Positions 36,801-47,408 of a DNA stretch of 64,000 bases are shown in pieces; the stretch's first letter is position 1; each line of letters starts with the position of its first letter. The translations under genes were made by a program, and so were the position numbers. The notes beneath the pieces were generated by a model, which was not told the origin of the DNA, did no database searches, and worked only from the letters and a program-made list of their open reading frames with translations. The stretch comes from Alphaproteobacteria bacterium (lineage in GTDB: Bacteria > Pseudomonadota > Alphaproteobacteria > JAAXGF01). The stretch is taken from NCBI GenBank assembly GCA_963555825.3, contig CAUVXB020000002.1:288001-352000 (forward strand). Direction: 5' to 3'.

Positions 36801-37104
36801 GCGCAGGATGCGCGAACTCCGGTCCGAATGGCTGGACATGGGGTTGGAACAGCCGTTCCAGGTGCGCATGGGCATCAACACGGGGTTCTGCACGGTCGGC
36901 AACTTCGGCAGCGGCGACCGCATGGACTACACCATCATCGGCAACGAGGTGAACCTCGCCGCCCGACTTGAGGCGCTCGCCGAGGTCGGCGGCATCCTGC
37001 TGGCCCACGAGACCCATTCGCTGGTCAAGGCGACGGTGATGGCCGAAGAGGGCGACGCCGTGACCGTCAAGGGCTTCGCCAAGCCGGTGCGGACGTACTC
37101 GTGA
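33862..37104 (+). CDS. Cytoplasmic multi-PAS/GAF class III adenylate cyclase, C-terminally truncated by IS21
   Basis: Repeated PAS/PAC (DITERK), GAF (GLPGRV), cyclase motifs FSDI, DKYVGDA, DYTIIGNEVNLAARLE; stop codon comes from the IS end. Confidence 0.9.
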   Translation: MPNPATIREQRLRKTKAQLIDEIDTLERRDAAFEVGRDGYASGGGKPPSSDDYLASQALLDLAKFPSENPNPVLRVTPEGGLLYANDAAQAVKGLVTGRKKDRLPSKLAKLATKVSRTAAARQPEFRSGDHIFALALTPVGGESYINIYGRDITERKRAEEALRESERRFRSILKDSPIAVAAVRSSDREIIYANPRIYEMFRIDEQQLGTQGAKSYYVDDADRERMAELLKSDGFVHDEETRLKRGDGTEFWATVSFMDIDYAGEPGSLAWFYDITERKQAEEELAEKEAQLRVALDNMPGGMMLGDQDLNYVLFNGQYSELHDYPEGFLKVGMSLREEARFQVERGDYGPGKKDELVEQLLDLYQGGQATSWERTLPNGRTLRFNMAPTPEGGNATIATDITEIKQAEQAAAEAQALLNDAIDSISEGFALYDADDRLVLCNKTYRDLWGYSDTEAAPGVHWDDLDRLDVERGTVIGEGSGMAGSPWRIALSRRRQRQSIEIQFTDGRWVTIRDRKTAAGGSVSIQTDITELKRVEEALREQTKTVGLLHQTAFDANQAQDVEHALKGCLDSICAYTGWPVGHVYVRAPGELAKLVPSMVWHLDKPRRFANFRKVTEKATFESGVGLPGRVLETGEPAWIVDVTKDKNFPRAKLAKNIGVKAGFAIPVLTGSEVVAVLEFFSPEAVEPDEALLDVLNNIGGQVGRVIERKRAEEELARKEAQLRVALDNMPGGMMLGDQDLNYVLFNAQYSQLFDLPEGLIRVGGSVLDVLRYRAERGDFGPGDAGELIEQVVDRYRRGEANSLERNIPGGPTLQVDIAPTPEGGYVTIATDITERKRAEEALREAKRRSEEASKLVAEKNQMLESLSNQLAKYLSPQVYDSIFAGKQSVEIASKRKKLTVFFSDIADFAGTTDSLESEELTNLLNHYLTEMSKIALDHGATIDKYVGDAIIAFFGDPETRGVKEDARACVNMAIAMQRRMRELRSEWLDMGLEQPFQVRMGINTGFCTVGNFGSGDRMDYTIIGNEVNLAARLEALAEVGGILLAHETHSLVKATVMAEEGDAVTVKGFAKPVRTYS

Positions 37105-37219
37105 GAACGGCAGAGCAATAATCCCCCACTGAAGCGGCCGGTCGATCCGGCTGCGGCGGACCAAAATGGGACCGCGTATAGCCTTCTGTCAGGGTTGCTC
37201 TGACTGGAAGGCGGGGGGG

Positions 37220-38719
37220 ATGTATCGGGTGGAGTTGTACGCACGGGTTCGGCGGGCGTGTCATGTCGAGGGGATGAGCACCCGCGAGGCCTCGCGGGTG
37301 TTTGGTGTAGACCGCAAGACGGTCCGTAAGATGCTGTCGTTCTCGGTGCCGCCAGGGTATCGCCGAAGCGCGCCGCCGAGGCGGCCAAAGCTGGGTCCGT
37401 TCACGGGAATCATCGATCGGATCTTGGAAGACGATCGGACCAGCCACCGCAAGCAACGGCACACTGCGAAGCGCATCTTCGACCGCCTCCGGGACGAGTA
37501 CGGTTTCACGGGCGGCTACACCATCGTGAAGGACTACGTTCGTGAGCAGGGGCTTCGGTCGCGTGAGGTGTTCGTGCCACTCTCCCATTCCCCCGGTCAC
37601 GCCCAGGCGGACTTCGGCGAAGCGATGGCGGTGATCGGCGGCGCGTTACGGAAGATCCACTTCCTTGCCTTCGACCTTCCCCACAGTGATGGTTGCTTTG
37701 TTGCGGCCTATCCGGCGGAGACGACCGAAGCATTCTGCGATGGCCACAACGCGGCGTTTGCCTTCTTCGGCGGCGTCCCCCGATCCATCCTGTACGACAA
37801 CACCAAGCTGGCGGTTGCCCGGATCCTGGGCGATGGGAAGCGGCAGCGAACGCGCGTCTTCACGGAGCTTCAGTCCCACTATCTGTTCGAGGACAGGTTC
37901 GGCCGGCCGGGCAAGGGCAACGACAAGGGCAAGGTCGAGGGACTGGTCGGCTTCATCCGGCGGAACTTCCTGGTCCCCGTCCCGCGTGCCGAGAGCTTCG
38001 CGGCCCTCAACGATGCTCTCGCCGAACAGTGCCGCCGGCGCCAGGCGGCGCGGCTGCGGGGCCACAAGGAGACCATCGGCGAGCGTCTCGAGCGGGATCG
38101 TCAAGTTCTCTTGCCATTGCCGCCTGCTCCCTATGATGCCTGCGATAAGCGCCCTGGACGGGCGAGTTCGCTGTCGCTGGTGCGTTACCGCAGCAACGAC
38201 TATTCCGTGCCCGTGGCCTACGGCCACCGTGAGGTGCTCATCCGGGGCTACGTCGATGAGGTGGTGATCAGCTGCGGGGCCGAGGTGATCGCCCGGCACC
38301 GCCGGTCCTACGACAGCGAGGACCTGATCTTCGACCCGCTGCATTACCTGCCCTTGATCGAGCAGAAGATCGGCGCCCTCGACCAGGCCGCGCCATTGGC
38401 GGGCTGGGACCTGCCCGAGGCCTTCATCACTCTGCGGCGGCTCCTCGAAGCTCGTATGGGCAAGGCAGGCAAGCGCGAGTACGTCCAGGTGCTCCGTCTA
38501 CTGGAGACCTTCCGGCTCGAGGAGGTCGAGGGTGCGGTCGGCGACGCCCTGCGGCTCGGCGCAATCGGCTTTGATGCGGTGAAGCACCTGGTACTGTGCC
38601 GCATCGAGCGGCGGCCGCCCAGGCTCAACCTCGACGTCTATCCGTATCTGCCGCGCGCCCGGGTCGCGATGACGTCCGCCAAGTCGTACATGAGCCTGCT
38701 GTCGGGGCTCGGCGCATGA
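37220..38719 (+). CDS. istA: IS21 transposase
   Basis: HTH, QADFG, YDN, KGKVE. Confidence 0.95.
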   Translation: MYRVELYARVRRACHVEGMSTREASRVFGVDRKTVRKMLSFSVPPGYRRSAPPRRPKLGPFTGIIDRILEDDRTSHRKQRHTAKRIFDRLRDEYGFTGGYTIVKDYVREQGLRSREVFVPLSHSPGHAQADFGEAMAVIGGALRKIHFLAFDLPHSDGCFVAAYPAETTEAFCDGHNAAFAFFGGVPRSILYDNTKLAVARILGDGKRQRTRVFTELQSHYLFEDRFGRPGKGNDKGKVEGLVGFIRRNFLVPVPRAESFAALNDALAEQCRRRQAARLRGHKETIGERLERDRQVLLPLPPAPYDACDKRPGRASSLSLVRYRSNDYSVPVAYGHREVLIRGYVDEVVISCGAEVIARHRRSYDSEDLIFDPLHYLPLIEQKIGALDQAAPLAGWDLPEAFITLRRLLEARMGKAGKREYVQVLRLLETFRLEEVEGAVGDALRLGAIGFDAVKHLVLCRIERRPPRLNLDVYPYLPRARVAMTSAKSYMSLLSGLGA

Positions 38720-39480
38720 CCGACACACCGCAAGTGCTGCTCGCCCACCACCTCAAGACGCTGAAGCTGCCGACCTTCCTGCGCGAGTACGACAAGATCG
38801 CCCGGCAGTGCGCCTCGGAAGGCGTCGATCACGTCCGCTACCTGTTGAGACTCGCCGAGCTCGAGCTGATCGACCGCGAGCGCCGCATGGTCGAGCGGCG
38901 CATCAAGGCGGCGCGCTTCCCCGTGGTCAAGAGCCTCGACAGCTTCGACTTCAAGGTCATCCCCTCGCTCAACAAGGCGCTGGTCCTGGAGCTGGCCCGC
39001 TGCGAGTACATCGAGCGCCGCGAGAACCTCATCGCGCTCGGCAACAGTGGGACCGGCAAGACCCACATCGCCCTCGGTCTCGGCCTGGCGGCCTGCCAGA
39101 AGGGCCTCTCGGTCGGCTTCATCACCGCCGCCGCGCTGGTCCACGAACTCATCGAGGCCCGCGATGACAAGCAGCTGCTGAGGTTCCAGAAGAAGCTCGC
39201 CACCTACAAGCTTCTGATCGTCGACGAACTCGGCTTCGTGCCGCTGTCGAAGACCGGCGCCGAGCTGTTGTTCGAGGTGTTCAGCCAACGCTACGAGCGG
39301 GGCTCGACCCTGGTCACCACCAATCTGCCCTTCGACGAATGGACCGAGGTGTTCGGCTCCGAGCGCCTCACCGGCGCGCTCCTCGATCGCCTCACCCACC
39401 ACGTCAACATCCTCGAGATGAACGGTGACAGCTACAGGCTCAACCAGAGCCGCAGGCGTCAAACCCCGACTGCTAACTGA
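38716..39480 (+). CDS. istB: IS21 helper ATPase
   Basis: GNSGTGKT, VDELG, LLDRLTHH; ATGA overlap with istA. Confidence 0.95.
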   Translation: MTDTPQVLLAHHLKTLKLPTFLREYDKIARQCASEGVDHVRYLLRLAELELIDRERRMVERRIKAARFPVVKSLDSFDFKVIPSLNKALVLELARCEYIERRENLIALGNSGTGKTHIALGLGLAACQKGLSVGFITAAALVHELIEARDDKQLLRFQKKLATYKLLIVDELGFVPLSKTGAELLFEVFSQRYERGSTLVTTNLPFDEWTEVFGSERLTGALLDRLTHHVNILEMNGDSYRLNQSRRRQTPTAN

Positions 39481-39679
39481 ACCGACCACCCAGCCCACGC
39501 TTGACCCCGTGGGCCCACAGGTCCCTCCCGCGCGCGCCGCCGCGTCAGCCTGTTGAGGGCACGCCGCGTCGCGCGCGGGGCCCTCCCGTGGACTACGGGG
39601 ACAAGCCCGCAGCCGCCAAGCGGTCCCTTCTTACACCGCCGAGGTGGTCCCTTTTTGCTCCGCCATTGACACGTACTCG

Positions 39680-39838
39680 GTCGTCGGCCTCTACGACGAC
39701 TTGGCGGCGCAGGGAAGAGTTATCCTCCGCGACCAGGAGGGCCTGGCGCTGGTCATCGACCGCGACAAGCTGACCAAGAAAGGCAAGGCCGAGGCGATCA
39801 AGGCGCTCGAAGAGGCGGCGGCGCAGCTCAAGGACTGA
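39680..39838 (+). pseudogene. Detached 52-codon C-terminal tail of the adenylate cyclase
   Basis: Removing the IS and one target copy restores ...PVRTYS-VVGLYDDL...QLKD* in frame. Confidence 0.9.
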
Positions 39839-39911
39839 TACACCCGTCAACGACCGCGGCGCGGCGCATCGACGGCCGTCGCCGCGCGGGGTTATCGGTA
39901 AAAAGAAAAAC

Positions 39912-40319
<408 letters not shown>

Positions 40320-40324
40320 ACGCA

Positions 40325-40355
40325 TAGACCTATGCCGCGCGGCCCTGAAAATCAA
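40325..40355 (-). promoter_or_regulatory. Probable rnpB sigma70-type promoter
   Basis: TTGATT-N17-TAGGTC immediately upstream of the RNA 5' end. Confidence 0.55.
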
Positions 40356-40440
40356 GCGCCGTCGGGCCGTGTCACAGCGTGAAAATCTGCTGCAATTACG
40401 CCCGGGGCCCGAAGCAGACATCGCACAAATGATCAGCCGA

Positions 40441-41385
40441 TTAGGCTTCGCTGAATTTGCGGTAGGCCACAGCGGCCAAGGCGAGGTCGCCAAGGGCATG
40501 GCCCCGGAATATGAAGGCGGTACGATCATCGGCCCGATTACGGCCATTGAACTTGCCCAGTATCAATCCGGACAGATCGCCGGTCACATGTTCCGGCGCG
40601 GCAAGTTTGTTTGGAAGCGCGGCCTCTTGCTCCAAATCGTCAAGCGCGATCTGATCGAATGCGGCAAAACTTTCCTTGTCCCATGGCGCGGCCAGATCGG
40701 TTATCGCGGCAAAGCATCCGGGGGCGAGATCGTTTGCATCCAGAGGCGGAACGAGTTGCGCCGAAAAGGTAACGGACGTGACAACCACGTCAGCGTCTTC
40801 GATGGCATCCTTGCCCGAATCGCACACCTCGGATGCCAGGCCAAGCTCATCCGCGAAATGGCACAAGCCGTCGATGTTGGCCTGTCCACGGCCAAATGCT
40901 TTTATCTTCTGCAGCGGAAACATGTCGGAGAACGCTCTCAAATGGCTTCGTGCCTGAACACCACAGCCGATGAACGCACAAACCGCCGAATCCTTTTTCG
41001 CCATGTATTTCGCGGCGACCGCGCTCAACCCCGCCGTTCGCACCGCGGTGATCCAGTTGCCGTCTAGGATGGCGACAGGCAGTCCCGTTTCACTGTCGAG
41101 CATGGTAACGAGGCCATTGATTTGCGGGAGCCCCTGGTCGGTATTGCGTGGATTCAGGACGACCGTCTTAACGGCCAGCAGCGACGGGTTATCCATCGCC
41201 GCAAGCGCGGCCATCATATAGCGACCATCGGAAGGCAGGATAACCGCCTTAGGGGCGCTCCAGACGGTGTCCTCGGCGATTCCGCGGACGAGCGTTTCGA
41301 TACTTTCGATGACATCGCCCGTCGTGATGCCTAACCCTTCAAGGGTCGATTCCGATAGATAGGGAATGTTCTCTGCCGTGTTCAT
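40441..41385 (-). CDS. Ornithine cyclodeaminase/mu-crystallin family imine reductase
   Basis: LDSETG.P.A.LDG..ITAVRTA, IGCGVQA, G.ALGDLA. Confidence 0.88.
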   Translation of the reverse strand: MNTAENIPYLSESTLEGLGITTGDVIESIETLVRGIAEDTVWSAPKAVILPSDGRYMMAALAAMDNPSLLAVKTVVLNPRNTDQGLPQINGLVTMLDSETGLPVAILDGNWITAVRTAGLSAVAAKYMAKKDSAVCAFIGCGVQARSHLRAFSDMFPLQKIKAFGRGQANIDGLCHFADELGLASEVCDSGKDAIEDADVVVTSVTFSAQLVPPLDANDLAPGCFAAITDLAAPWDKESFAAFDQIALDDLEQEAALPNKLAAPEHVTGDLSGLILGKFNGRNRADDRTAFIFRGHALGDLALAAVAYRKFSEA

Positions 41386-41404
41386 CTTGCGCTCGCTGGA
41401 TGTG

Positions 41405-41527
41405 TCGGGATGGCCGAATGTATTGGTCGCGGTGGAATAGGTTGGCCGGATTGTACCCGCCCTTAAGGGTCAGCAGGCAGCCAAGATTGTGGCCGAGCGA
41501 CCCAACGGTGCGATGAGCTTCATGGTT
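41405..41527 (-). pseudogene. Possible remnant of an FAD-linked oxidase C-terminus (BBE domain)
   Basis: SLGHNLGCLLTLKGGYNPANLFHRDQYIRPS resembles the BBE consensus YG.N..RL..LK..YDP.NLF..NQNI.P. Confidence 0.5.
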
Positions 41528-41625
41528 AACTCGGAATGTCCATCCTGCGACTGTGAGGTCGAATTTTGCACCCAATAAATTTGAAGCGCCATAGCCAAGT
41601 TGGTATTTTCATTATACAAATATGA

Positions 41626-42516
41626 ATGAGAACGAATTGGGACGACCACCGCTATTTTCTCGCCATTGCCCGCGAGAGTTCCCTGACCGCTGCCGGAAAA
41701 GCGCTCGGTGTCAGCCAGCCGACGATCTCCAGACGTCTGAAAGCGATGGAAGCCAAGCTGAAAGTTCGGCTTTTCGACCGCACACCGCAGGGCTACGAGT
41801 TGACCGCGATCGGCATGGACTTGTTCGATACCGTTCAGCGTGTCGAGGAAGATCTGGCCGAAGCCGATCGCAAAATTTATGGCAAGGATCAGGATCTGAC
41901 CGGCGGCTTGCGCATCACCTGTACCGAGATACTTCTCAATGGTTATCTGTCGCCGTTCGTCTGGCAGTTTTTGAGCCAAAATCCCGGCATTGAGTTGAGT
42001 GTTGTTTGCACCGATTCACAGTTGAGCCTCAGCCGCAGTGACGCAGATCTGGCGATCCGCTTTACGCAGCGCCCGACCGAGACGCTGGCCGGCCGCCGAC
42101 TGGCCTCGGTGGCCTATGGTGTCTATACTGCCAGCGGCACGGCGGGTGACCGCTTCACATCGTCGAATCGGGCGGAATGGGACTGGATTGGCGTCCATGA
42201 CGAGATGCACAATCGGATACTCTTTGGGGCCGTGTTCCCCGAAGGCCGTTTCAAACACCGGGTCGAGAGTGTGGCGGCGATGCAATCGATGGTGCGCAGT
42301 GGCCTCGGTGTCACCGTGCTGCCATGTTACCTCGCCGACCGAGACGAGAGCCTGCGCCGAGCCGAACCAGAGCCATTTATGGACAACAAACTTGATCTCT
42401 GGATCCTGTACCATCCCGACGTCCGGCGCGTGCATCGCGTTCGGCTCTTCGCCGATTTCATAACCGACTTGATCAGTTCGGACCTGGACCTCTTCGAGGG
42501 CCGCAGCCCGAATTAG
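41626..42516 (+). CDS. LysR-family transcriptional regulator
   Basis: N-terminal HTH (SLTAAGKALGVSQPTISRR, LFDR), ADLAIR; divergent from the OCD-family gene. Confidence 0.93.
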   Translation: MRTNWDDHRYFLAIARESSLTAAGKALGVSQPTISRRLKAMEAKLKVRLFDRTPQGYELTAIGMDLFDTVQRVEEDLAEADRKIYGKDQDLTGGLRITCTEILLNGYLSPFVWQFLSQNPGIELSVVCTDSQLSLSRSDADLAIRFTQRPTETLAGRRLASVAYGVYTASGTAGDRFTSSNRAEWDWIGVHDEMHNRILFGAVFPEGRFKHRVESVAAMQSMVRSGLGVTVLPCYLADRDESLRRAEPEPFMDNKLDLWILYHPDVRRVHRVRLFADFITDLISSDLDLFEGRSPN

Positions 42517-42524
42517 AATGGACC

Positions 42525-42844
42525 CTACCCACCGTCAAAAACCCTGAAGATGAGCTGCGCGGTCTCGGGATCGACGATGCCGTCGATCTGGCGCGGGCGG
42601 AAGTGGCGCTGGAAGGCGGCGACGACCGCGCCGGTCGCCGCGTCGAAGGTGCCGTCGGTCGGCACGCCATAGCCGAAACCGGCGAGCGCCCGTTGGATCT
42701 CGGCGACAGGCGCGCCGCCGTCGCCCGGCCCAAGCGTCAGCCCCATCTCGCCCCGCGCGACCTTCGCCGTGGGCCACAGGCCGACGCCGGCGGCGGCGAG
42801 CCGCGCCCAGTCGAACAGCTCGCCGGGGTCCCGGCGGCACCCGG
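42525..42844 (-). pseudogene. Diverged duplicate of the amidase 3' half (peptidoglycan-binding domain)
   Basis: Ungapped similarity to 44845-45164 at constant offset 2320; DPGELFDW...AFQRHFRP. Confidence 0.92.
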
Positions 42845-42940
42845 ACTTTCCTCCCCCCGGCTTGCGCCGAAAGGCGGCCATCCGACCGTCTGGCGCCCCT
42901 AGACCTATGCCGCGCGGACCCGGAAATCAGGCGCCGTCGG
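42840..42940 (-). repeat. Duplicate of the rnpB promoter and first ~55 nt
   Basis: 93/101 identical, ungapped, to 40265-40365. Confidence 0.95.
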
Positions 42941-43520
42941 CTACCAAGATGCGCTGCGCCAGCGACTTGAGCGTCGCGATGTAGTCGTCCTGCTGCCAAC
43001 CGCATTCGATGGTCAGCAGTTCCCAACTGCGGACAGACAGCATCGTCCAAAGGATATCGGTCGCCTGTTTCGGCGCGTGGCGGGACGACAGCATGTTGTC
43101 GCGGTTCAGCGCTTCGATCGCCGCTTCGCAGCCTTCCCGCATATCCTGCATGCGCTCGTCCCACGCCTTCGCCGCCGCCGCGTCGGTGTCCCTCATGGCG
43201 AGAAGCGCTCTGGCGACACCATGGATTTCCGGGATGTAACCGCCCCATGCCTCGATAAAGGCGTCGAGACGTTCGGTTCCGGTCTGCGCCGTGCGGCTCG
43301 GCACCAGGCGTTCCTCGCTCCCCTTCAGTTCATCGAGATAGTGCGTCGTAGCAATCAAAAGCCGCGATCGTGTGCTGAAATGAAGATAGAGCGCCTGCCG
43401 GCTGATGCCCGCGCGTTGGGCGATGTCCGTCATACGCACGCCCCTACCCCGGCTCGCTTCCAGCAGCGCCAAGGTAGCTTTCAAAATTCGGTTTCGGGTA
43501 TCGACTTTTCCTCTTGACAT
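42927..43520 (-). CDS. TetR/AcrR-family regulator
   Basis: HTH DIAQRAGISRQALYLHF. Confidence 0.92.
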   Translation of the reverse strand: MSRGKVDTRNRILKATLALLEASRGRGVRMTDIAQRAGISRQALYLHFSTRSRLLIATTHYLDELKGSEERLVPSRTAQTGTERLDAFIEAWGGYIPEIHGVARALLAMRDTDAAAAKAWDERMQDMREGCEAAIEALNRDNMLSSRHAPKQATDILWTMLSVRSWELLTIECGWQQDDYIATLKSLAQRILVADGA

Positions 43521-43569
43521 AGTGTCAAGTAACACTTACTTGTCATCATATCAATTGACACGGTGTCAA
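43513..43569. promoter_or_regulatory. Probable TetR operators TTGACA-N3-TGTCAA
   Basis: Perfect copies at 43514-43528 and 43555-43569; degenerate copy at 43540-43554. Confidence 0.75.
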
Positions 43570-43586
43570 GCAAATTGGAGTCGGCA

Positions 43587-44216
43587 ATGAAGCTAGTCAT
43601 TTTTGGCGCGACAGGAACGATCGGGCGCCAACTGGTCGATCAGGCGCTCTCGCAAGGCCATCGGGTAACGGCATTTGCGCGCAGCCCTGAAAAGTTCGGC
43701 CGAACCAATGAAAACCTTCGCGTGGCGCAGGGCGACGTCTTGGATCCTGCTTCGGTAAAGAGCGCGGTTCAAGGACAGGATGGCGCGCTGTGTGCGCTGG
43801 GCATGCCGATGGTGAACAAGGAAAATCTGCGGGCAAACGGCACGAAGAACATTATCCGCGCCATGCAGGAAACTGGCGTCAATCGGTTCGTCTGCTTATC
43901 GGCGCTTGGCGCTGGCGATAGCCGGGACATACTGCCGATTCACTTCAAGCATCTCATCATCCCGCTCGTTATGCGCCACCTCTATGCCGATCACGAGCTC
44001 CAGGAAAGCTATGCCAAGGACAGTCGGTTGGATTGGGTGATCGTTCGCCCCGGCAGCTTTTCAAACGGCAAATACACTGGCGCGTACCGCCACGGCTTTA
44101 CCGCCGTTGACAGGTCGCTCAAGCTCAAAGTGTCGGCGGCAGATGTTGCCGACTTCATGCTGAAGCAGCTTATCGACGACACCTATCTGCGCCAGACCCC
44201 CAGCCTGTCGTACTGA
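43587..44216 (+). CDS. Atypical SDR, biliverdin reductase B/flavin reductase-like
   Basis: GATGTIG, LDWVIVRP, DVADFM. Confidence 0.88.
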   Translation: MKLVIFGATGTIGRQLVDQALSQGHRVTAFARSPEKFGRTNENLRVAQGDVLDPASVKSAVQGQDGALCALGMPMVNKENLRANGTKNIIRAMQETGVNRFVCLSALGAGDSRDILPIHFKHLIIPLVMRHLYADHELQESYAKDSRLDWVIVRPGSFSNGKYTGAYRHGFTAVDRSLKLKVSAADVADFMLKQLIDDTYLRQTPSLSY

Positions 44217-44258
44217 CGCATGAACACTGACAACATCATCTCGTCACGGAGGACTAAC

Positions 44259-44768
44259 ATGACGTCAACTTGGTTTCTGATCCTATGCCAAATCTCCATT
44301 ATCGCCTGCGGACTGGTCTCCGGCGTCTTTCTGACGTTTTCGGATTTCGTCATGAAATCGCTGGCCGCGGCAAGCCCGGCCGGCGGCATCGAAGCCATGC
44401 AGATCATCAATCGCAAGGTCTTCAAATCGGTGTTCATGGTCCTGCTTTTGGGGATGTCCGCCTTCGCACCTTTTCTGATCGGCTACGCTCACCTCAACGT
44501 TACGGGGCCCGCGTCTGCCTGGATCGTTGCCGGCGGGGCCATCTATCTAGCCGGCGTGTTTCTTGTGACGCTCGCATTCAATGTGCCGATGAACCAACGC
44601 CTTGCCGCAATGGATTATTCCGCCGCCGACACCGTGCCTTACTGGCGGACCTATGTGCCATCATGGAGCTTTTGGAATCACGTTCGCGCAATCTCGTCTA
44701 CGGCATCGGCGATCTGCTATCTGGTTGCGTGTTCGTGGCTGGCTCAAGGGGCGATCGCAACTGGATAG
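44259..44768 (+). CDS. DUF1772/anthrone oxygenase-like membrane protein
   Basis: GVFLTFSDFVM, AMQ.IN, FNVPMN..L, W..WNHVR. Confidence 0.85.
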   Translation: MTSTWFLILCQISIIACGLVSGVFLTFSDFVMKSLAAASPAGGIEAMQIINRKVFKSVFMVLLLGMSAFAPFLIGYAHLNVTGPASAWIVAGGAIYLAGVFLVTLAFNVPMNQRLAAMDYSAADTVPYWRTYVPSWSFWNHVRAISSTASAICYLVACSWLAQGAIATG

Positions 44769-44844
44769 GTGACGGGTTCTTTCGGCCACGGTTGACCGAC
44801 CGCTTTGCGACCCGAAAGCCGCGTCACATGGCAAAACCGAGACA

Positions 44845-45575
44845 CTACGCGCTGGCGAGAACCTGGAATATAAGCTGCGCGGTCTCGGGATCGACGACGC
44901 CGTCGACGTTGCGCGGGCGGAAGTGGCGCTGGAAGGCGGCGACGACCGCGCCGGTCTTGGCGCCGAACGCGCCGTCGACCGTCACCTCATAACCGAACTC
45001 GGCGAGCGCCCATTGGAACTCGACGACCGGCTTGCCGGCGTCGCCCGGCCTGAGACTCAGGCCCATCTCGCCGCGCGCGACCTTCGCCGTCGGCCACAGG
45101 CCGACCCCGGCGGCGGCGAGCCGCGCCCAGTCGAACAGCTCGCCGGGGTCCTGGCGGCGCCCGGGCGCGACATCGGAATGGCCGAGCACGTGGCGCGGCG
45201 GGATCGGCTGGCGCGCGACGATAGCGCGCCCCAGCGCCTCGACCGCCGCCATCTGCGCCTCGGGGAACGGCCGGAAGCCGAATTCGTGACCCGGGTTGAC
45301 GATCTCGACGCCGATCGAGCAGCCGTTGATGTCGCGGCGCCCGCGCCACGACGAAACGCCGGCATGCCAGGCGCGGCGGTGCTCGCCGACCAAGCCATAG
45401 ACCGCGCCGTCCTCGTCGATCAGATAATGCGCGCTGACCTTGGCCGCCGGATCGCAGAGCCGGGCCAACGCGGCCGCGGCGCTGGTCATGCCGGTGTAGT
45501 GCAGCACCAGCATGTCGATGGCGACGCCGGCCGGCCGGCCGTCGTGGTTGGGCGACGGGCGCTCGATCACGTCGC

Positions 45576-45579
<4 letters not shown>
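44845..45579 (-). CDS. N-acetylmuramoyl-L-alanine amidase (Amidase_2, AmpD/AmiD-like) with peptidoglycan-binding domain
   Basis: LHYT, VSAHY, AWHAG, SIGVE, GHSD, DPG. Confidence 0.94.
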
Positions 45580-47405
<1,826 letters not shown>

Positions 47406-47408
47406 GGC

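Larger units (their letters stand above)
37102..39671 (+). mobile_element. IS21-family insertion sequence
   Basis: TG...CA ends, imperfect TIRs with internal repeats, 8-bp target duplication CGTACTCG at 37094-37101 and 39672-39679. Confidence 0.96.

Noticed and set aside
42840-42895. Second functional RNase P RNA
   Set aside because: Only about 55 nt of the 5' end; the 3' strands of P1, P2 and P4 and the specificity domain are missing.
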